NCBI GenBank assembly: GCA_026026165.1
Contig: JAPEUD010000038.1
Coordinates: forward strand, 62,001 to 126,000
Origin: Sarea resinae
Lineage: Eukaryota
Length of the DNA: 64,000 nucleotides
Direction: 5' to 3'
Positions 1 through 13,341 of the stretch are shown here, one piece after another. Both the position numbers and the translations under genes were made by a program. The notes below the pieces were generated by a model. That model was not told where the DNA came from. It did not search any database and worked only from the letters and a program-made list of their open reading frames with translations. The number at the start of each line of letters is the position of its first letter. Position 1 is the stretch's first letter.

Positions 1-2287
1 TAAATCAAGCCTCTTCACAGGTTGCTCATAAGATGGTGGTGGTGTACCACGTTGAGCAGAAGCCAGCGCGCCGTTAGCCATTGGCGTTGGAACTGCACCC
101 GCGCCAGGTGTACTAGGTGGAGCTGGAGTGGCAAGCCCATGGTATCGATCCGCAGACATACGCACAGATGACTGCTTAGTGACACCTTTGAGCTCCTCCA
201 GGGCCTGAGCAATGGGATCCAGTTGTTCTTGGCTCGAACCTTGACCATCTTGCTTTTTCTTGCCTTGCTTATCCGGAGAGGCAACGTCAAAAACGTTGTT
301 GCCGACATTGAGTTGGAAATTCGCGCGCGGATCAACCGGCTCAGGACTTCCAGAACGGCGGTCGCCACCTAGGATCATCGACCGAGGATCTTCTGTATAC
401 ATTTGAGACCGTCGTTCAGCAGTTCCTGCACTTCCATTCCCACTTCGGCCGGACGAAGGACCCCAAGTATTCCGACTTCCAGGCAGGGCCATGCCGCCAG
501 ACGGCTGAGACTGCTCCCGACCATCCTTATCATGCTTGCTCTTGCGTCTGAAAGGACTATGGCTCTGAAAAAATCCACTCTTCTTCTTCTGGACCACTCT
601 CTCGTCTTCCACTGTCGCATTTTGGCCCAGCCCTCCTTGTTTCACTGGTGATTGCTTTCCACTAGGTGGTTCTTGGCTCGAAAACGAAGTTGGATTGGAA
701 TATTCGCTTTGAGAGTCCCGACTGGATGGCCTAGCTGGGCTTGCGGCCGAACTTCGCTCAGACGGAGGGCCCGCACGGCAATACATGGTCATGCCATCCA
801 TGGGATATTCATTATGGGGCACTGAGGGTACGGCGCCCATCGACTTAGCTTGCGCCCGTTGATACTCGGCCGGTGACTTCCTCTGGTAATCAAGCTGAGG
901 CGGTCTCATTGGAGGCTGGGCCGCCGTTTGTGGCGTCATAGTGGTCTCGCGACTAGGTGGCGTGTGCGGATCTTGGTGAGACAGCTGCGCTGCCAGAATG
1001 GACTGAGGGTCATGGTGAGACTCATAGGTTGATGGTTGAGGTGATGAACTTCTGAATGCCGGATTGATCGTGCGCTGAAATTGAGCAACCGAGTAATTGT
1101 CATCCTCTGACGCCTCAGACGAAGTGTCGTTGATATCTCCTCGGCAGAAGTTGATGTATTTTGGAGGGTCCGGAATCTCTTGTCCAGTTCCTTTGCCCTG
1201 TATAAAACTGTTGATGTCTTTCTCTACTTCGCATCCTTCGAGCGAAAGTCGAATTTTCTCGCATGACTGGCGATTGGATCAGAAGATGAGAAGCGATAGA
1301 CAGGTGCTTGGACTTACTGCATCATCACTGACACACACCGTTGACGCAATATTGGCAAAGCTCCAAAGACTGCTCTTCGTAAAGTCTAATCTCTCTTCTT
1401 CAAGATCTTGGAATTTCTGCATCCCTCGTCAGCCACAAGAAACAATCTACGAAGACGGGCAATACTGACATCACAAGCGGCCTTCCAATCCCGATTCCAC
1501 CGACCTGTGGTTTCTTCCAGTACCTTTACTGCAGCCTCATACTCATTACTTGTTGTCGCTAGTTGGATTTGCGTCTTCTCCAATTTTGCCTTGTTCTTCC
1601 GCTCTTCTTGGCCCATCACCATGTGTCCCTGTGCAAGATAACCTTTGATCCTGAGGCAATCTTGCTCATATCGATCTCGTGTCTTTTGCCGAATCAGTCT
1701 TGCTCTTCTGCAACCTTGAGAGCTTGTGTTTGACAAACCTTGTTGACGGCGTGTGTCTGCTGAACCTTCACCTTCAACAACTTTTCAACGCCGCTTTGCA
1801 CGATTTTCCGTCTCTCTTTCATACCGCCAGCGAATGCTGCCAACGGCTCCTCAAGCTCACTCTTCATTTGGGCGGCAATGCTCTGATGCGCTTTGCCCAT
1901 GGACTCAACCTCGCCACGCATGACATCGAGAGATATTCGTAGCGTGCCGGCCTCCTGAGAGCCTAAAGGTTTACGGCATAAAGAAAGTAATTTGCGGGAA
2001 TATTCATCTTCGATGGCGGCACGAGCTAAGCGTGGAGATTAGCGATGATGAATTCCCGGATGATGATTGAAGAGGTGCCTACTGCTGTAGAATGACTTTA
2101 GTTCATCGCAGGTGACCTTTGCATTGTGCATGCGCTCGAGAAGCGGATGGACCCCAGCATCGTCCTTGCCCCAGAAATTATTCGCAACTATATGTGGAAT
2201 TAGTGCGTGGCCAAAGACGTCGATCTTCAAAGTCGAGTACTAACAAGACATGGAGATAGAAGGCCCATCCGACACTGTCCCAGGCAT
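1..2287 (-). CDS. HOF1: F-BAR (PCH family) septation protein, Hof1/Cdc15/Imp2-like; 3' end lies outside the window
   Basis: Spliced exons 2287-2245, 2187-2083, 2026-1739, 1682-1470, 1416-1318, 1266-<1 give MPGTVSDGPSISMSFANNFWGKDDAGVHPLLERMHNAKVTCDELKSFY...RAAIEDEYSRKLL...RDRYEQDCLRIKGY, a typical FCH/F-BAR N-terminus; all introns GT-AG. Confidence 0.88.
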
Positions 2288-3091
2288 GATGCCCGCTGAG
2301 CACCAGGCGACCACTGGCGCTGCTGCTGGCTTCTGCGGTTGCTTCCTTCCTTTTCTGAGTGAAAGTCAAGACGATGGAAGTTGGTTGATAAATCGGTAGG
2401 TACTACTTTTTGTTCAGAGGTTCAGGTCGAGATGGAAGTTGATGAGATGGAAGTGACGTGCTTCAACTGATGGAATGTGGCAGGTATATGCATCGGGAAG
2501 GCACATTCGATCCAAGTAAAGGCGAGGAAGTCGGGTCTCGCTGTTTACGAAATGCCCTTCGGCGGTTGTTGACCGAGCAACCTGGGGGTGAAGTCTCTTT
2601 TGCACCGACTGGCCCCCTGCGACGCCGTAGCCACTCGTGGTCCTCTGCGGCTGACCTTAGGCTCCTGAGATGCTGGACTTGATCCTCCAGGCTAAGGTAC
2701 TTCAGTACACCGCATTAGGGTACTTCAGTACATATTCGGTCGGTTGCTGATGCGGCTCAACTCCCTGCGACGTTGGTGTCGGCCGGTGCGCAATCCACGG
2801 TACCTTGGTCAAGTCACTCTGAGCAACCTCAACCTTCACCTTCACCTTCACTGCCTTTACACCACCACTGCCACCACTGCCACCACTGCCTACCTACACA
2901 CGCTTCATCTCCATCTCAAGTTGTCCAAAATCAGTCACCACTTCTATCCCTTGACCGAATCGCTATCTCGGTGCATTCCCAAGGCCTGCCGTCTGATTCG
3001 TATCAGCTACGTTATCCATCTCGAAAGAGGTGCCTCATACAATTTCAAGACGCAGCCCGTTGGGCACAGGACCGATGTTTGTTCTTCCTAG

Positions 3092-6000
3092 ATGACCTTA
3101 CCTCCCCCTCATCCATCTCCGCAGCAGTCCACCGCTACTGGCCAGGAAAACTTGCCAGGCCCTAGAGCTGCCGGGTCTTCGCAATCTGCTTCGGGGCCAT
3201 CATCATCTTCGGAGCAGGTCCCTGGTCGCCGCATTCTGAAGCCCATATCGACATCTGCGATAGGCTCGTCGTCCCAGAGCGGGCCGTCTCGCGGACAGCT
3301 TCCTCAAGGTAGCCCTTCGAGGAGCGCTCCGTCGCCATCACCATTCGCGTACTCGTTCTCCTCAGTTGTCAATTCATCCCTTCGAAACTCGGGCAGTCGC
3401 CAGAGCCCTGTAACGGCAACCTCATCGTCGGCGTTCAGCCCGCTTCAATCTGGATCGCAGCAGCCTCACAATAGTCAGCTGCTGTCGTCCCCACGGTCCA
3501 GAACCATTCCGCCGTCAACCAATCCTCAACTGGCGTCCTCCGCCGCGGCTTCGACCACCGCATCTCAGGGAGGAGGAGGTGGGAGCAGCGGCGGCGGCGG
3601 AGCCTCTCGAAGCGCTACATTCTCCCCCACTCACTCTCAATCGAGAGTGAACTCGCCCACCAACACGAATATCAATCTTAACGCGACCACGAATCCCGCC
3701 AATCTCAATCTCAGTAATCAGGCAGGACAATTGTCCAAAATTGTCATCGCTCAAGTATTTCTCCTTTTGAGCACCATCAAGGAGGATAAGGATAAAACGA
3801 AGTGGGAGTCTCAGGCCGATCAAATTCGAAAGGTATGTATCTGCAAGACAGACTTGGACATGGCACTGCAATTTATGAGCGACCCTGGCGCTAATTATTC
3901 GTCTAGCTGATCGACTCAAACGGCATGGAAGTTTTCTCCAAATATTTCCGTCGACTTGTTACGGGTAATTCCCCTCAAATATTTCCTGGAATCAATCGCC
4001 CGGTTGAAAATGCAGGAAATTATCAATTGCTTGTCAATGAGATGCAGAAGGTGGTGCAGGATTCCGAACAGGCCCAGAAGATTGCGGAGACGATTGATGC
4101 GTCCGAAGGGGATATCTTCAAGGACTTTAACCTTTCCCACTTCATGGATCATTTCAAGCTCGATGCTCTTGGGAAGACCGTCTTGGCACTGGCATTCATG
4201 TCCGCATCAAGATCGGATCTGAGAACGAAAGCCGACGCTATTCTCTCTAACAACTTCCAACCCTTCCTCCAGTACCTTGGTCATCCCAAACCCTCGCCCG
4301 GCTCTGAGCATACCGTTGATCTCTCCCCGTCATTTGTCGCTGCAATAATCGACCGTTTTGCTCAGTATCCTCCGCGCAATCTCAGCGAAGATGGAAAAGC
4401 TCGATTGGTTTATGCAGTACATCTACGGTACCAAAGCCAAAACATGCCGGTGTCACCAGAAGTCAGCACTGCACTGCAGCTTTTTGACTTGCTTGGAGCA
4501 CAAAACTCGTTAGCTCGTATCGTTCAACGGACTGGGCCCAAAGGAACTTCAAGTGTGGAAGCTTGCTCAGACATTCTGAACTCTTTTGGAAGGAACGAGA
4601 TCAGCGGAGACCAGATCTCTGGGGCATTGCTGTTCATGGTGATCTCTCAAAACCGACAACAATATTCACCAGGACTTTTCGTGGAAACATTGCGGGATCA
4701 TCGATTAACAAAGGAACTTGACTGGCAGACCGTTATCCATGGCTTCGATCGAGAAGGCCTGCGAATTACCAGAGAGCAGTTCCTCATGTTGTACAATGCT
4801 CTGCTCCCAATCTCTGAGGGGAACGAAAATTTTGACATTCAATCTCTCTGGGGTGGAAGATGGCATTATCCCAACACGCAGCTTTCCTTCGTTACCGCCT
4901 TCACCTCTCTTCCTCCTACCTCCTTGGACGTCTCAAAGATACCGCGATTACGCAAGACGTTTGATACTACTCTATTCGACGATGCCTCGGAAGATATCAA
5001 GCAGCATGCCGCTAGAGCCATGTTGCACCCTCTGATATCCTCAGATGCTATCATGGCAATTTTTGATCTGGTCTTCGTCTCGGCAGAATCTGTGGGGACA
5101 CCCGAAAGCCAGCTCACCTTCCAGGAAGTTGTCCAGAGTAATATGGATATAATCATGTGCTCTGCATTTGCTGTTCCCAAGCCATGGACCGATACACAGC
5201 AGGAGATTCTATTGCGGATGTTCTACCCATTTTTGCTGAAACAGCACCCGAGCTTTGACTTCGTTCTGCACGGGCTTTGGAAGCAAGACAAGCAATGGGT
5301 GGCGACAAGACTGGTGGAGGCTCACTCCCAGGATCCTATGCAACTCCCATTACTCCTCGATCACGCTGAGGCGCATGGCTGGCTAGACGACCTTTTCATG
5401 ATTCTGAATGGGTTCGGCATAGATCTAGCAGCTTTAGCCAATCGACGGGGCATTCTAGACCTTGAGCAATGGGCACGTAAGAATGTGCAAAGAGGCGCCC
5501 AGGACTTCGCATTCGCAGTGTCGAGATTCTTGACGATCAAGGCAGAAGATGAGATGCGAACTGTCCGCAAGGAACAAGTCAGCCCAAGGACCGTCAGTCT
5601 CGCCGTGAAGACCATATTTTCACTACTGGAGATACTCGAACAGCATCTGACCCAGGAAGACCTCGTCGTAGTAGAACGGCTATGCATACAGGCATATCCC
5701 AGACTTATCAATTATGGTGAGGGCTTTGACGACATCATTGATGCGAACGGGGAGGACAGCAATGCTATTTCAGAAGGAGCCGATACTAAAATGCAAGAGC
5801 ACTACAAACGCATGTACAGTGCTGAGCTTGACGTACGAGAAATCGTGGAAGCATTGCAGAGGTACAAGACATCGCGCGACCCAGATGAGCAAGACCTTTT
5901 TGCTTGCATGATTCACGGTCTTTTCGACGAATATAACTGCTATCATGAGTACCCTCTCGAGGCTCTAGCGACCACAGCTGTTCTGTTCGGTGGGATCATC

Positions 6001-9000
6001 AATTTTAATCTGATCTCGAATATTCCGCTTCGCGTGGGACTGGGAATGATACTTGAAGCTGTTCGCGACTACGGCCCGGAGAGCTCTATGTACAAATTTG
6101 GACTACAGGCTTTGCTACACTTCTTCAACCGGCTGCACGAATGGCCAGGTTTCTGCAGTCTTCTTGTGCAAGTGCCGGGACTGCAGGGTACCGAAGCATA
6201 CAAGAAGGCAGAAGAAGTTGTACGAGAGCGCGCAAATCAGATCGGCCATGATCCAGAGACCAACGGCATGCCTGAGGATGGGCAGCTTCTCACAAACGGG
6301 AATATTGATACGATGTTTCTACCGGATGCAAATCTCAAGAAGTTCACTTTTGCTTCTCTGCATGTAGATCCTCCATTACGCCCAGAGATTTATTCAGAGC
6401 CGGATGAGGACGTGCAGGACAAAGTGCTTTTTGTTTTAAACAACGTTTCAGAACAGAATTTGAACGTAAAGCTTAACGACCTCAGAGAAGCTTTGGATGA
6501 GAAGCACCACCAATGGTTTGCCGGATACCTGGTAGAAGAGCGCGCCAAGTTGCAACCCAATTTCCAGCAATTATATCTCAACATGCTCGAGCTGTTTGGC
6601 AACAAAACGCTCTGGTCTGAGGTTCTACGAGAGACGTATGTGAGCGTCGTGCGGATGTTGAATGCGGACTCGACTCTCACGTCATCTACCGAGCGATCGC
6701 ATCTCAAAAATCTAGGAGCTTGGCTAGGATCATTGACGATTGCAAGGGACAAGCCGATCAAGCACAATAACATATCGTTCAAGGACCTATTGATTGAGGG
6801 CTATGACTCGCAACGTCTACTCGTTGTGATACCATTTACCTGCAAGGTCCTCATCCAGGCAACGAGATCTAGAGTTTTCCGGCCGCCAAATCCTTGGATC
6901 ATGGATATAATTCGCCTGTTAATGGAATTGTACCATTTCGCGGAACTCAAGCTCAATTTGAAGTTTGAGATTGAGGTGCTCTGCAAAGATCTCAATCTCG
7001 ACTACAAATCGATCGAACCCTCGACGGGCGTACGCGAGAGACCCCATCAAGAGGATGATGTCTCGGGACAGTCTCTCCCTGACGGACTCGAAGGATTCGA
7101 AGACCTAACTCTGGCTCCTCTAAATCGTTCAAGAGCGCAAAACGAGCGGTTCTCGCCTGCTGCTATAACCTCATCCCTGCCTGACCTAGGTCCTCTTTTG
7201 GTTTATCCGCCTTCTACTAGTACTGTGATGAGCCCTGGTCGTCTACGCCAGATTGTTCAGACAGCCATTCAGCGCGCAATCCTGGAGATAATTTCTCCTG
7301 TAGTTGAACGCTCCGTGACCATTGCTGCTATTGCCACAGCTCAGCTCATTCAGAAAGATTTTGCGATGGAGCCTAGTGAGGAAAAGGTCCGGTCGGCAGC
7401 TCTCACTATGGTTAAAGCACTCTCTGGCAGTCTTGCTCTTGTTACGTGCAAGGAGCCCCTCCGCATGAGCATGACAAATTATATCCGGATCGGGGTAGCC
7501 GAAGCCCCCGAGCAAGCGCTTGCCGAAGGTGCCATCTTGATGTGCGTTAACGATAATCTCGACACGGCTTGCAGTATGGTGGAGAAGGCGGCGGAGCAGC
7601 GCTCAATGCCCGAGATTGAGGCTCATATCGAGAATCTGTTGGAGTCACGCCGCCGTCATCGGGAGAGTCGACCCAATGAGCCCTTTGTTGACCCAATTGT
7701 GAACCGCTGGGCCTTTTACATTCCTGAACCATTCAGACAGTCTGCGAGTGGGCTCAACAAGGAACAGCTAGCAATTTACGAGGAGTTCGCTCGCCAGTCC
7801 CGTGGCACTCCTTCGCACATTAGCATTGCATCCCAGGACAGTGCAAGGCCGCTACCAGAAGTCATCCAGGAGCAATTCGCTGCTGTCCCAAATCTCTTGA
7901 CTCCTGCTGAGCAGCCTGCACTCCCACATCCTGCTGCTCAGCAGCAGCAGCAGCAACGTATGCAACCACCGCCCACGGTCCCAGCCGCAGTATCACAGAA
8001 TCAAGTCAATGGGTATCTAGATCTTAATACCCTTCGAGAGCGAATCCAAAGTCTGCTTGCCGAATTGCAGCGCGCTACCAAGAGCGTATCTGAAGAGCAT
8101 GCTCGAGACTTGTCGCCTTCGAGTCAACCGCGATTGATCGCCGAACAGATACTGCGGACCGTTATCAACTCTCCCCATCGCGAAGAAGGCGCGTTGGTCG
8201 CTGCTCAGAGGACTTGTGCCTCTCTCTATACGCAATCCGAAGATAGACTCGAGATTGAAATGCTTGTGCAGATCCTACGGAAGCTATGCCAATTATCGCC
8301 TGTCACCGCCCGAGAAGTTATTCTTTGGCTTGCCAACGTCGACGACGAGCGCTTTTTTAATGTCCCGGTCACGGTAGAACTACTTAGGGTTTCGCTCACG
8401 GAATTGCATCGAGTCGATCTAATGCTCACCAAAGCGATTCAGCAGCGGAAGGTCGGAGCAGTCGAATTCTTGTCTGATCTTATGGACGAAATACTTCTCA
8501 ATGACAGGCCCTTGGCTCTACGTGCGGACTTCGCTAGTAGTTTGGACCTTTTGGGCCAATGGCTAGCGCAAGAGCCTCGCTTCACCGCTGGAAAGCAGCT
8601 TATTCAGAAGCTCAAGGATGCCGGTGTCCCTGAGGTCGTCCAGTCTCCGCCCGATGAGCGATCTCGTGCGAAGAAAGACCAACTGGAATACCTGTTCACC
8701 GAATGGGTTGGCATTTACAATCACCCCGGCTCCACTGAGAAGCTCTTCGCATCATTCATCGCTCAGATGCACCAAAAACAGGTCATGAGAACTCCGGACG
8801 ATTCTGCGCTGTTCTTCCGTTTCTGCATCGATACATCGGTCGATGCGTTTGAAAGAGAAGAGAGGAATCCTTCTGGCGGTAATCTAAACGATGCTTTCAT
8901 ATGTGTCGACGCATTAGCAAAAATGGTCGTCCTTCTCGTCAAGTACCATGACGAGGCGAGTGAAGGTTCAAAGCCAAGCAAACCAGCCTATTTGGACTCT

Positions 9001-10354
9001 CTTCTGTCCTTGATTGTCTTGGTCCTATCCCATCACCACACCATGCGAGGAGAAATGTTCAACCAAAGAGTTTTTTTCCGACTGTTCTCGAGTATTCTCT
9101 GCGAGTACCATACCAGCGCCCGTCAGAGTCCCGAGCAAGATAACGAGGTCATGCTTGTATTCGCCAACAAGTTCGAGTCATTGCAGCCACTGTATTTCCC
9201 AGGCTTTACCTTTGGCTGGCTGGGATTAGTGTCTCACCGCATATTCATGCCGGACATGCTGCACATGGCTGACGAGGCTGTAAGTACCTATGCTACTAAT
9301 TTGTGTAGGCAATGCTGACATCCATAGGGATGGGAGCCGTATGCCAAGATCATGGTCATTCTACTCACCTATGTGGGCGAACTTTTGAAGCCTTTAGAGA
9401 TATCTGCTGTAGCCAAGGATATCTATCGTGGTGTCCTGAGAGTGCTTCTCGTTCTCCATCATGACTTTCCAGAGTTCCTCGCAGAGAACCATTTTCGACT
9501 TTGCAATGCGATCCCAACACACTGCACTCAACTTCGAAATTTGATTCTCAGCGCCTACCCTTCGTCGTTTCCCGAGCTTCCTGATCCGTTCACCGCTGGA
9601 CTAAAGGTTGATCGACTGGAAGAAGTTAGGAGATCTCCCAAGGTCGCTGGCGATGTCGAAGGCCCACTTCGCCAGGCCAAAATCAAAGATGTCATTGATA
9701 GCGCACTGAGTGGCGGCGTGGTCGAGGAGCAGCACATTGTTGCCATCGCAGAGGCCGTTCACGATCCTGCCACCAAAGAAAGCGGCGTCGCATTTGCTCC
9801 TGTCAATGCCGATACTGTGCTTCTTAACGCCGTTGTCCTCTACATTGGCATGGGGGCTCTTTCTTCGGTTGGACAAAAGGGTGGCCCAACTTTCACCAAC
9901 ACCTCTCCGCACGCTGTCCTTTTGGAGAAGCTGGCTAAAGAACTTCATCCCGAAGCTCGCTATCATCTCCTCAGCGCCATCGCCAATCAACTCCGATATC
10001 CCAATAGCCATACCTACTATTTCGCATACGCCCTTCTGCACCTCTTTGGCACGGATCACGCTGATCAACAGGAGTCTGACATTCGGCAGCAAATCACCCG
10101 GGTCTTATTGGAGAGGTTGGTTGTCCACCGACCGCATCCCTGGGGCTTAATTATCACTCTACTGGAACTGCTCAAGAATCCGAATTATATGTTCTGGGAT
10201 TTGCCTTTCATCAAAGCAGCTCCCGAGGTATGCATACCGTCCACTTTGCTAGACACACTGAGACATCAAGCTTATATATGATGGTGGCCAGATTGAGCGG
10301 CTCTTTGGTGCTCTCTTCCAGCACATCAATCAGAGTCCGCGGAGTATGACTTAG
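3092..10354 (+). CDS. NOT1: CCR4-NOT complex scaffold subunit Not1
   Basis: Exons 3092-3832, 3907-9279, 9328-10227, 10292-10354. Motifs FACMIHGLFDEY..YPLEALATTAVLFG, LKNLGAWLG, FRPPNPW, LKLNLKFEIEVLC, ANQLRYPNSHT, RPHPWGLIITLLEL. Confidence 0.97.
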
Positions 10355-10818
10355 AGGATAATGCCGTCACCGTATCGGCAACGTCCCATCCAATGAGCAC
10401 GAAAGATCACACGTGGTCCCGTGATGATAGTCGCACGAATCGCTCCTTTCGCACTGCATGATTTTCTCCTTGGTCGGGGAGTTCGATCGAAAGTCATATC
10501 CGAGGCGTTGGCAGTAGCATCGCATTCTTAGCATCTCTTCCTTCTGGTCTGCCTCTGGTCTGCGTGGACGAGTTGTACAGCTTCACCGTGGTCGATTTGC
10601 TACATTTATTTTATCTCTTTCCAGTCTCTTCCAATTTTGCGTTCTCTGACGACGGGGATGAATGTTCAGAGTGCCGGGGAAGGTTATTTCGTGTATGATA
10701 GGTATGCATGGGAGGGATGTGAAGAAACGAGACTGCTGGCGTCGTGTTCGCATCTTTTTCGTCTGGGCCGATGGTCTGTCATGCTGTGAAGGGATTATCC
10801 ATCTATCTATCCATCCAT

Positions 10819-10856
10819 TCATCAATCATCAATCATCAATCATCAATCATCAATCA
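10819..10856 (+). repeat. (ATCAATC)n heptamer microsatellite
   Basis: About five tandem copies, read directly. Confidence 0.85.
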
Positions 10857-11350
10857 AGCACATTTCCCATTGCCCATCTCTCGTGAGGAATGCATACGAT
10901 GTGCTCGGTATGGACGAGGACATACGCTGTACATGATCATGATGGCGCTCAAGAATGACCGAGGTGTCGGGTATTTCAGTAGTAGTAATACGTAATGGAG
11001 CCTAGGTACCTCTCGATCATCCCGACCGTACCGATCTAGCCGGACTCCCAGCCAGATCTGAATTCTCTCACACCACGACGACGGGCTGAATCAGCAATCG
11101 ACCCTTCGAGAACCTCTGCCCCCTTCCCCCCCCTTCCATCCTCCCCCTCCCCCCCTTGGACTGCGTGGGTGCCCAGGTGGGCCTGGAATGATTATCGAGA
11201 GCATTGCCGCGACGTCATCCCGGTCTGATAGGGGTCGACCATGGAGATGCTCTACGCTGTACTTCATACTTCGTCCCACTACTGTGCAGATCTGGACGCA
11301 GTAGCAAGAGAGGGCAATGGAGCAGTTGTGTGCCAATGGTCTGATCCACT

Positions 11351-11357
11351 TATAAAA
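11351..11357 (+). promoter_or_regulatory. TATA box of the GRE2-like gene
   Basis: TATAAAA 170 nt upstream of ATG 11521, followed by a pyrimidine/CA-rich leader. Confidence 0.5.
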
Positions 11358-11520
11358 CACCCCGCCACCGCTCTACATAGACCGCTATATCCCCCGTCTT
11401 CCATCCTTTTGAATCCTCAATAATCCCCCCCAAAACCACCCACCACACACACACACACACACACGCAGCTCTTCTTCTTGCTCTTCTTCCTGCTCTTCTT
11501 CCTCTTCCCCACCAGACACC

Positions 11521-12653
11521 ATGGAAGCCGTCAAGCACGCCGCCGAGAAGGTCTCCTCGCACCTCCCGGGCCACCACGCACACGGCCAGGAGACCATCCT
11601 AATCTCTGGTGCTTCCGGCTTCGTCGCCGCTCATGTGTTGAACGCCTTCCTCGAGCACGGCTACAACGTCCGGGGCACCGTTCGATCCGAGGAGACTGCC
11701 GCCAAGGTCCGAAAGACGCACGCCAAATACGCGAACCAGCTGTCGTTTGCCATCGTCAAGGATGTGGCAGCCCCAGGCGCTTTCGATGAGGCCGTCAAGG
11801 GCGTCGACGGAGTATGTTCTTTTCCCTTTTGTCTCATTGCCATCGCTAACAGCAGCAGGTCATCCACACCGCCTCTCCCTTTGTCATGAGCGTCGAGGAC
11901 AACGAGCGTGATCTGCTCAACCCCGCCATCAAGGGCACCACGCAAATCCTCACCGCCATCCAAAAGAACAACCCCAAGGTCAAGCGCGTCGTCGTCACTT
12001 CATCGTTCGCCGCCATCATGGACCTGAACCAAGGCGCTCGCCCGGGCTACACATACAGCGAGAAGGACTGGAACCCGATCACCTACGACGTAGCCAAGAG
12101 CACGGACAACGGCGCGGTTGCATACTGCGCCAGCAAGCTCTTCGCCGAGAAGGCCGCCTACGACTACGTCAAGGAGCACGTCCCCAACTTCTCCGTGTCC
12201 ACCCTCTGCCCCCCCATGATCTACGGACCCAACCTGCACTCGGTGTCGGACCTGAGCAAGCTCAACACCTCGTCGGCGGACATCTACCGTCTGATGAACG
12301 GGTCGACCAAGGAGGTGCCGGAGACGGGCTTCCCGGCCTTCTGCGACGTCCGCAACGTCGGCGAGGCCCACCTCAAGGCCTACGAGAGTCCCAAGGCCGC
12401 CGGCCAGCGCTACTTCATGACCGCCGGCAACTTCAGCTACCAGCAGGTGTGCGACATCATCCGCGCCGAGTTCCCCGAGCTGCGGAGCCGTACGCCCGAG
12501 GGCACGCCCAACGCGCCGCTGCCCGACTCCTTCAAGGTGGACAACTCCAAGGCTCGCGAGCAGCTCGGCATCCACTTCATCCCGCTCAAGGAGTGCATCG
12601 TCGACACGGTCAAGTCGCTGGTGGCGCTGGAGAAGGAGCTCGGAGTCAACTAA
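11521..12653 (+). CDS. NAD(P)-dependent epimerase/dehydratase-family (extended SDR) aldehyde/ketoreductase, GRE2/ARI1-like
   Basis: Exons 11521-11811 and 11859-12653 (47-nt intron GTATGT..CTAAC..CAG). SGASGFVA Rossmann motif, VIHTASP, TSSFAAI, catalytic YCASK, FCDVRNV. Confidence 0.92.
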
Positions 12654-13059
12654 AAAAAGGATATATCCGTTTTTCAAAGTAGAAATATATGAGATTCTTT
12701 GATGATCTAGAAAGGCCTTGTTATACTTAGACTACATAGATGGAAATGAATTGATGAAACGTCTTCACCGTATGCTTCAAGATCTGGATTCGTTGCCCTC
12801 GTGTGATCCTCAAACACTGTCGAACATTTCGTCGAAGCCTGAGCAGCAGTAGTACTGATTCTCTTGACCGTTCATTTGCCTGCTCTCATCGGAATCCAAC
12901 AAATACCCCAACCACGTAAACGTGACAACAGAGTACAGTAACTATCAACCACATCACAATTCTGACCAAAAGAACCCTCGCCATTCCAACAAACCAGCCA
13001 AACCAGACCAAGCCAAGTCAAGCCAATAAGACAAAAGAAAGTACCCAGAGCAAGCACAC

Positions 13060-13305
13060 AAGCACGCACAATCAACCTATTCTCTCCGTCCAGCCCACTC
13101 ACCTACCTTACCTTACCCTACCCTACCCTACCCTACCCAGGCAGGCAGGCGGGCAGGTCGTCTGAGAAGGCGATCGCAATGCCCCCCTTATTTTTTTTTT
13201 CTCTTCTCTCTTCTCTCTTCTCTCTTCTCTCTTCCCCCTTCCTCCCTTTTCTTACTTTCTCATGATACATTGATAGTTAACCCCCCTTCCCCCCCCTCCC
13301 CCCCC

Positions 13306-13341
<36 letters not shown>

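Noticed and set aside
12000..12677. 225-aa antisense ORF over the reductase
   Set aside because: Shadow ORF caused by extreme GC3 bias on the coding strand.
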